Shown here piece by piece: positions 26,649 to 30,824 of a stretch of 30,824 nt of DNA (the first letter of the stretch is position 1; every line of letters starts with the position of its first letter). The position numbers were made by a program, and so were the translations under genes. A model generated the notes under the pieces. That model saw nothing but the letters and a program-made list of their open reading frames with translations. It made no database searches and had not been told where the DNA came from. This stretch comes from Bdellovibrionota bacterium (GTDB lineage Bacteria; Bdellovibrionota_C; UBA2361; OMII01), in contig JBIKWQ010000040.1 in assembly GCA_044356215.1 (NCBI GenBank), forward strand, positions 1-30,824, in the 5' to 3' direction.

Positions 26649-27950
26649 CTATCTTTTGCCCCTACTTATAATACTGTGCAAGAAAGGATCCAAGGACGCT
26701 AACTGCGTTTTTCGGGGGCTTTTGGCGCTCCTCTCAAGCAGTTTCTGGTCCAAAGTCCAAAATCCGGAGATAACACGCCCTCGGATTCTTACCGGTTTCG
26801 CTAACAGACCACGGGCGATAAGTGTAGCGATAGCGCGCTTATAAGAGCTTACGGGTAAGTCCGAGCCGAACACAGCCTTGGCGATTAAATCCACTTTAGC
26901 GCCAGGGCTCTTTAAAAGAGCTAGAGATAATTCAAGCGCTCCAGCTGAAAGACCATCGTTAATAATTTTTGAGAGTATACTACGCTCGTGTCGATCCAGA
27001 TCTCCGCCAAGAAGGATCTCAACGCACCGGCTTGGCGAGAAGCAGGCCAGAAATTTAGTCGCTATAGGATCCCCTATTTGAAGCTCCGCTTCATCTACAC
27101 AACTCGCGTTAATTGATTCCCATATAGCCAGCGCCTCAACTGACGCGCCGATCTCCGCGGGAATCTCTGTGATCACTTTTCTCTGAGTCGCCTCTGGCTG
27201 TTCACGTGAACGCTCCCTTTGATTCTCGGCTACCGGTGCTCTCGGATCTGTTCCCTCTTCTGTCGAGCTTGATCTCTCACCTAAAAACTCAAGCACACGA
27301 TTAAGCGCCCTTAATATACTCTGTACCCGAGTATCCGTTACCATACGCTTTTTAAATAGAGTCGCGAGATCGAGTCCAGCTAATTGCTCAATTGTTATCG
27401 CTTCCTCAAATGGCGCCGGGGTCCATTTCGGATCCCAGAAATCTCCTATGCGCCTCTGCCTGACCTGATTGTATCTATCATGCGTGGTAATCTTCGCCAG
27501 ATTAGCTCGAAGAGCCAGCTCAAGTGGCACACTTCCGATAGGTACATCGGTCGGTGGCTCATCATCGCTTGTAATCTCGGATAATTTCTTTAAATCCTCA
27601 TCGAGCGTTGGGATATCGATACTTGTGAAGCTATCCGGTACAACCACTGAGATATCCTCTTCCGGCGCGAGAGGTGAAGACTCCCCGCTATCCTCACTTA
27701 AGGCGGAAAGCAGATGCAGAAGAGCTTGCTCGCTCTCCTGAGTTATTGAAACCGTAGTGTCGCTCGCTAATGTAATTCTCTCAATTAGCTGTTCAAAGGT
27801 GAGCTCCGCTAGATCTCCTAATGGCTCGCCCCCTTCTGGCATAAGGCGCCCTACCTGAACGGTCTTCAGAAGTGGAAAACGTGGAGAGTGGCTGAATAGG
27901 CTAAGAGCCTCTTGAAGCTGCTTATTGAGTGGTGAGGTCTGTTCCGACAT
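26649..27950 (-). CDS. Hypothetical protein with internal duplicated domain, possibly RNA polymerase alpha-CTD-like
   Basis: 433-aa ORF with GAGAG RBS; residues 24-55 and 159-190 align without gaps. Confidence 0.65.
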   Translation of the reverse strand: MSEQTSPLNKQLQEALSLFSHSPRFPLLKTVQVGRLMPEGGEPLGDLAELTFEQLIERITLASDTTVSITQESEQALLHLLSALSEDSGESSPLAPEEDISVVVPDSFTSIDIPTLDEDLKKLSEITSDDEPPTDVPIGSVPLELALRANLAKITTHDRYNQVRQRRIGDFWDPKWTPAPFEEAITIEQLAGLDLATLFKKRMVTDTRVQSILRALNRVLEFLGERSSSTEEGTDPRAPVAENQRERSREQPEATQRKVITEIPAEIGASVEALAIWESINASCVDEAELQIGDPIATKFLACFSPSRCVEILLGGDLDRHERSILSKIINDGLSAGALELSLALLKSPGAKVDLIAKAVFGSDLPVSSYKRAIATLIARGLLAKPVRIRGRVISGFWTLDQKLLERSAKSPRKTQLASLDPFLHSIISRGKR

Positions 27951-28108
27951 ATGCTCTCGCGTAGATTACATCCCGTTAGATGCGAACACCCTCTAAAAGG
28001 ATCCACCGAGTTTCTCCATTTTAAACAAAGAGGTCAAAGCTATTGCGGCAAAATGTGCGGAGTAGTTACAATATTTCTTAACTCAAAAAAGACATCCCCG
28101 ACTGGGGG

Positions 28109-29821
28109 ATGGTAAAAACGAAGATGCGCCCTAAGAAAACAACCGCTGATGAGATCCTCTCTGAGATCAAGCGAACTCTTCCAATAGGAATAGAGCTGCA
28201 CCGCTCTTACCACTACGTCGTACCTCTGGGTAAACGTCACAAGCTAACCCTAATAGTCCTTAAGCTCCACTGCCCCGATGAATTAACACTTAAGTTAAAC
28301 GCGTGGCGCGATGAGATGGCGTACTCTCTCGACATGGTGACGATCTTAGTACGCCAAGTGAAGAGCGAACAAAACATACGCGGCAACCTGCTCGCTGAGT
28401 TTCGGGGAACTGAGATCCTAACGGAACAGGCCCGCCCGAAACTTGAGCAGATGCTTGAATCACTGTGTGGGACACCCCCTGAATACCGTGAAATCGAATC
28501 AAAGGCCGCTGAAAGACGCGAAGACCTGACGGCCATCCCCTTTATCGCCATAGATCGCGCTGATACACGCGACATAGAGGACCTGATACACGCCGAGAAA
28601 AAGGCCAATAAAACTCTCGTCTGGCGCGCAGCTTTTGTCAGCGCCACCGATCACGTTCAACCGGGGGGCCCGATCGATAAATACGCTTTACGTGTTGCCT
28701 CAACTATTTACGGTAGGCACCGCACTGTAACCACGCTGGGGCCGCGACTATCTCACGACGTCGTTTCCTTTCTGCCAGGCGCGAGGCGCGCCGCCTGGAT
28801 CGTTGAGGGGTGGCTGATACCGAGGGACGCTGTCTCGATCAAGGGAAAGAAAGCATTCACTAATTATCAACTTCAATACAAGATTCGACACGCGGACGTA
28901 GTTAATCACCGAAGTATCGATCCAACAAATACGGCGCTAAACGAGAGTGACCCATTGATCGCGAGTTCTATAGCGTGTCTCGCTGAAGTCGCGCGGGTTT
29001 TGCAGCAGAATAGATCCTCTAAGCCGTCTCTTCTGCGCGTTGATGGCGAGAGAGCTATCGAGCTTATCCTAGCCGAGATCATGATCGAGTCTAAGCGGCT
29101 CTTAAGCGATTATCTCGGAAGAGCGAAAGAGCTGCCGATGATCTACCGTGTACATCAGAAGCCATCGCGTGAGGTAATTGAACAATTCCATCTTGCTCTA
29201 GATAATCTGCGAATTCCTCATGAATTAAGCGATTTTGAGACCCCTAGCCAGTTCACTGGTATTTTGCAGACTCTTGGTAATCGCCGTGATCCAGAGAGTC
29301 AGGCACTACTTAACAACCTTTTAGATACCTTCCTCCTCCGCACCCTTTATTCGCCAGATAACTTTGGCCATTACGGATTGCGGGTAGATTCATACGCTGA
29401 GTTTAAACCCCGCGATGCGTCAGGACTAGCTAACCAGTATCAGCTCGCCGCCGCCTTTAATGCATCTCCTCCTATCGGCTATGAGGAGATGCTCGAGCGA
29501 GCTAATATTTTAAATGACAAAAGATGGCGACGAGATGAGAGAGCGTTTCGCCTGATATTTCTTGAGATGCTCTATGACAAATTAGGACTTGTTGGTTCAG
29601 CGTGTTTGGCGACAGTTGCCGAAGTCAGGCCAGATAAAGTCTATATCGAGGTTCAAGGTTTCTCAAAATGGGGAACTCTTCAGGTTGAGGACCCCGAGAT
29701 AACTTTTGAAGTTGGCGCGCCAGTGGTGGTGACGCTGATTGGATTTAGCTTGGAGCAGATGAGGTTTGTATTCAATCTGCCGATTACCCCACAGTATACT
29801 CCCGAGATCTCCCACGCTTAA
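28109..29821 (+). CDS. RNB-domain (RNase II/R family) protein with C-terminal S1-like domain, degenerate motifs
   Basis: FIAIDRADTRDIEDLI, IDKYALRVASTIY, LSHDVVSF, ILAEIMI, IYRVHQKP, YSPDNFGHYGL, and a terminal OB/S1-like beta region. Confidence 0.85.
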   Translation: MVKTKMRPKKTTADEILSEIKRTLPIGIELHRSYHYVVPLGKRHKLTLIVLKLHCPDELTLKLNAWRDEMAYSLDMVTILVRQVKSEQNIRGNLLAEFRGTEILTEQARPKLEQMLESLCGTPPEYREIESKAAERREDLTAIPFIAIDRADTRDIEDLIHAEKKANKTLVWRAAFVSATDHVQPGGPIDKYALRVASTIYGRHRTVTTLGPRLSHDVVSFLPGARRAAWIVEGWLIPRDAVSIKGKKAFTNYQLQYKIRHADVVNHRSIDPTNTALNESDPLIASSIACLAEVARVLQQNRSSKPSLLRVDGERAIELILAEIMIESKRLLSDYLGRAKELPMIYRVHQKPSREVIEQFHLALDNLRIPHELSDFETPSQFTGILQTLGNRRDPESQALLNNLLDTFLLRTLYSPDNFGHYGLRVDSYAEFKPRDASGLANQYQLAAAFNASPPIGYEEMLERANILNDKRWRRDERAFRLIFLEMLYDKLGLVGSACLATVAEVRPDKVYIEVQGFSKWGTLQVEDPEITFEVGAPVVVTLIGFSLEQMRFVFNLPITPQYTPEISHA

Positions 29822-30629
29822 CCAGCGGTATCGATCTCCCAGCGATAAACGCCTCCGCTAAATCGAGCGCATCATCGTTCCACATACTTCCGCGGCGCTC
29901 TCCATTTACATAAACATCAACCTTGCCGGGTCTTTTATATGATAACTCAATCTGCTGCTTGGCTCCGTTTACGGAGCGCTCTAATACGATCCGTCCATCA
30001 CCTCGGGGTAGCTCCCTTACGAAATTGGGGTCTGACCTCCTAGCGTCGATAGTTATCTTCAACGCGTCGAAGCTTAAAAATTTATCGAGCTTTTCACTAG
30101 GCACAGAAACCATTAAGAGCGCCTTCGGCGTTTTATCATCCCTTACAAAGGTACGCCCTCTAAATTCCTCACGTACTTCAGAGAGCGCCGGCACGACAAC
30201 GTGTTCGGTAATCCTTTTAAGCTCTCCTATACTCTCTGAGATCGACCGCTCAACTTGATTTATCCTCTCTGCTGGCGAGTATGTCGGCGTCCTCATCGCC
30301 CAACCGATCCACGAGAGCGCTCTATTCCAGAGCCCCAACACTGAATACTTTCCAAGTGCCTGCTTTAAGAGTCGTTGGTCGTTGATTCCATCTTGCTGCC
30401 GCTCAAGACACGAAAGCGCCGGAGCGATATGCACGGTGGCAAGCTGAATCCGCTCTAATTCTTGAGGCAACAGCTCAAAGGTGCCGCGTGTAGGTGTTGT
30501 TAAAATCTCTCCGGATTGCTCCTCAACACTAACTCGTGAATCCCTGCTAACCATCTTTGGCGGGGCACCCTTCGTGGTAGCCAATCCGAGCGCTTCAGTA
30601 ATCGGGAATGGTATTGATAATGACGTCAC
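29784..30629 (-). CDS. Hypothetical protein
   Basis: 281-aa ORF with a GTG start preceded by a strong AAGGAG RBS; no motif recognised. Confidence 0.65.
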   Translation of the reverse strand: MTSLSIPFPITEALGLATTKGAPPKMVSRDSRVSVEEQSGEILTTPTRGTFELLPQELERIQLATVHIAPALSCLERQQDGINDQRLLKQALGKYSVLGLWNRALSWIGWAMRTPTYSPAERINQVERSISESIGELKRITEHVVVPALSEVREEFRGRTFVRDDKTPKALLMVSVPSEKLDKFLSFDALKITIDARRSDPNFVRELPRGDGRIVLERSVNGAKQQIELSYKRPGKVDVYVNGERRGSMWNDDALDLAEAFIAGRSIPLVKRGRSREYTVG

Positions 30630-30760
30630 TTTTTACTCCTTATATTTTCTCTCAATCGTCGCCAGAAACGTAATGTCTTAGGGAAGGCCGGCAAAACCTA
30701 CCCGTAACGAGAAAGTGGAAGTTGAGTTGATATTCGATTTTCGAGGTGGGAAAAAACCGC

Positions 30761-30824
30761 ACCAGACTACGCCAAGGCTACGTCTGGTCCTACACTATCT
30801 CGCCGACCGTAGCTTTAGCGAAGG
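30761..30824. repeat. REP-like inverted doublet, truncated by the window end
   Basis: CTACGCCAAGGCTACG (30767-30782) and CGTAGCTTTAGCGAAG (30808-30823) are inverted (13/16 match); ACCAGAC/GTCTGGT stem at 30761-30788. Confidence 0.55.

Noticed and set aside
656..30681. Many short ORFs antisense to or nested in the long genes (e.g. 935-1351, 5676-6095, 12615-13220, 18375-18815, 23978-24448, 28237-28647)
   Set aside because: Shadow ORFs of well-supported genes, with no motifs or RBS evidence.

Overview
Bacterial chromosomal window, probably from a deltaproteobacterial-type lineage (Bdellovibrionota/Myxococcota-like; inferred from gene style only). Left end: about 650 bp of small direct and palindromic repeats, then the housekeeping run tig-clpP-clpX-lon (minus strand) with a divergent tRNA-Leu(TAG). 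Centre (7260-22215): a 15 kb co-oriented minus-strand cluster reading PP2C phosphatase > FHA protein > Ser/Thr kinase > CpaE/TadZ > Flp pilin > CpaB > TadA > TadB > TadC > FHIPEP export gate with SctV-like motifs > membrane pseudokinase-HEAT protein > CxxS TlpA-like lipoprotein. This is a Tad pilus core physically linked to a lone type III export gate and a Ser/Thr phospho-signalling module. It is the best candidate for an undescribed system and recalls the Kil (Tad) plus needle-less T3SS predation machinery of Myxococcus. Right part: PduO adenosyltransferase, three envelope/lipoprotein genes behind an orphan fliD, a hypothetical protein with an internal duplication, an RNB (RNase II/R) family protein with degenerate catalytic motifs, an orphan ORF and a REP-like doublet at the end. 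All calls were made by eye from motifs; no searches were run.
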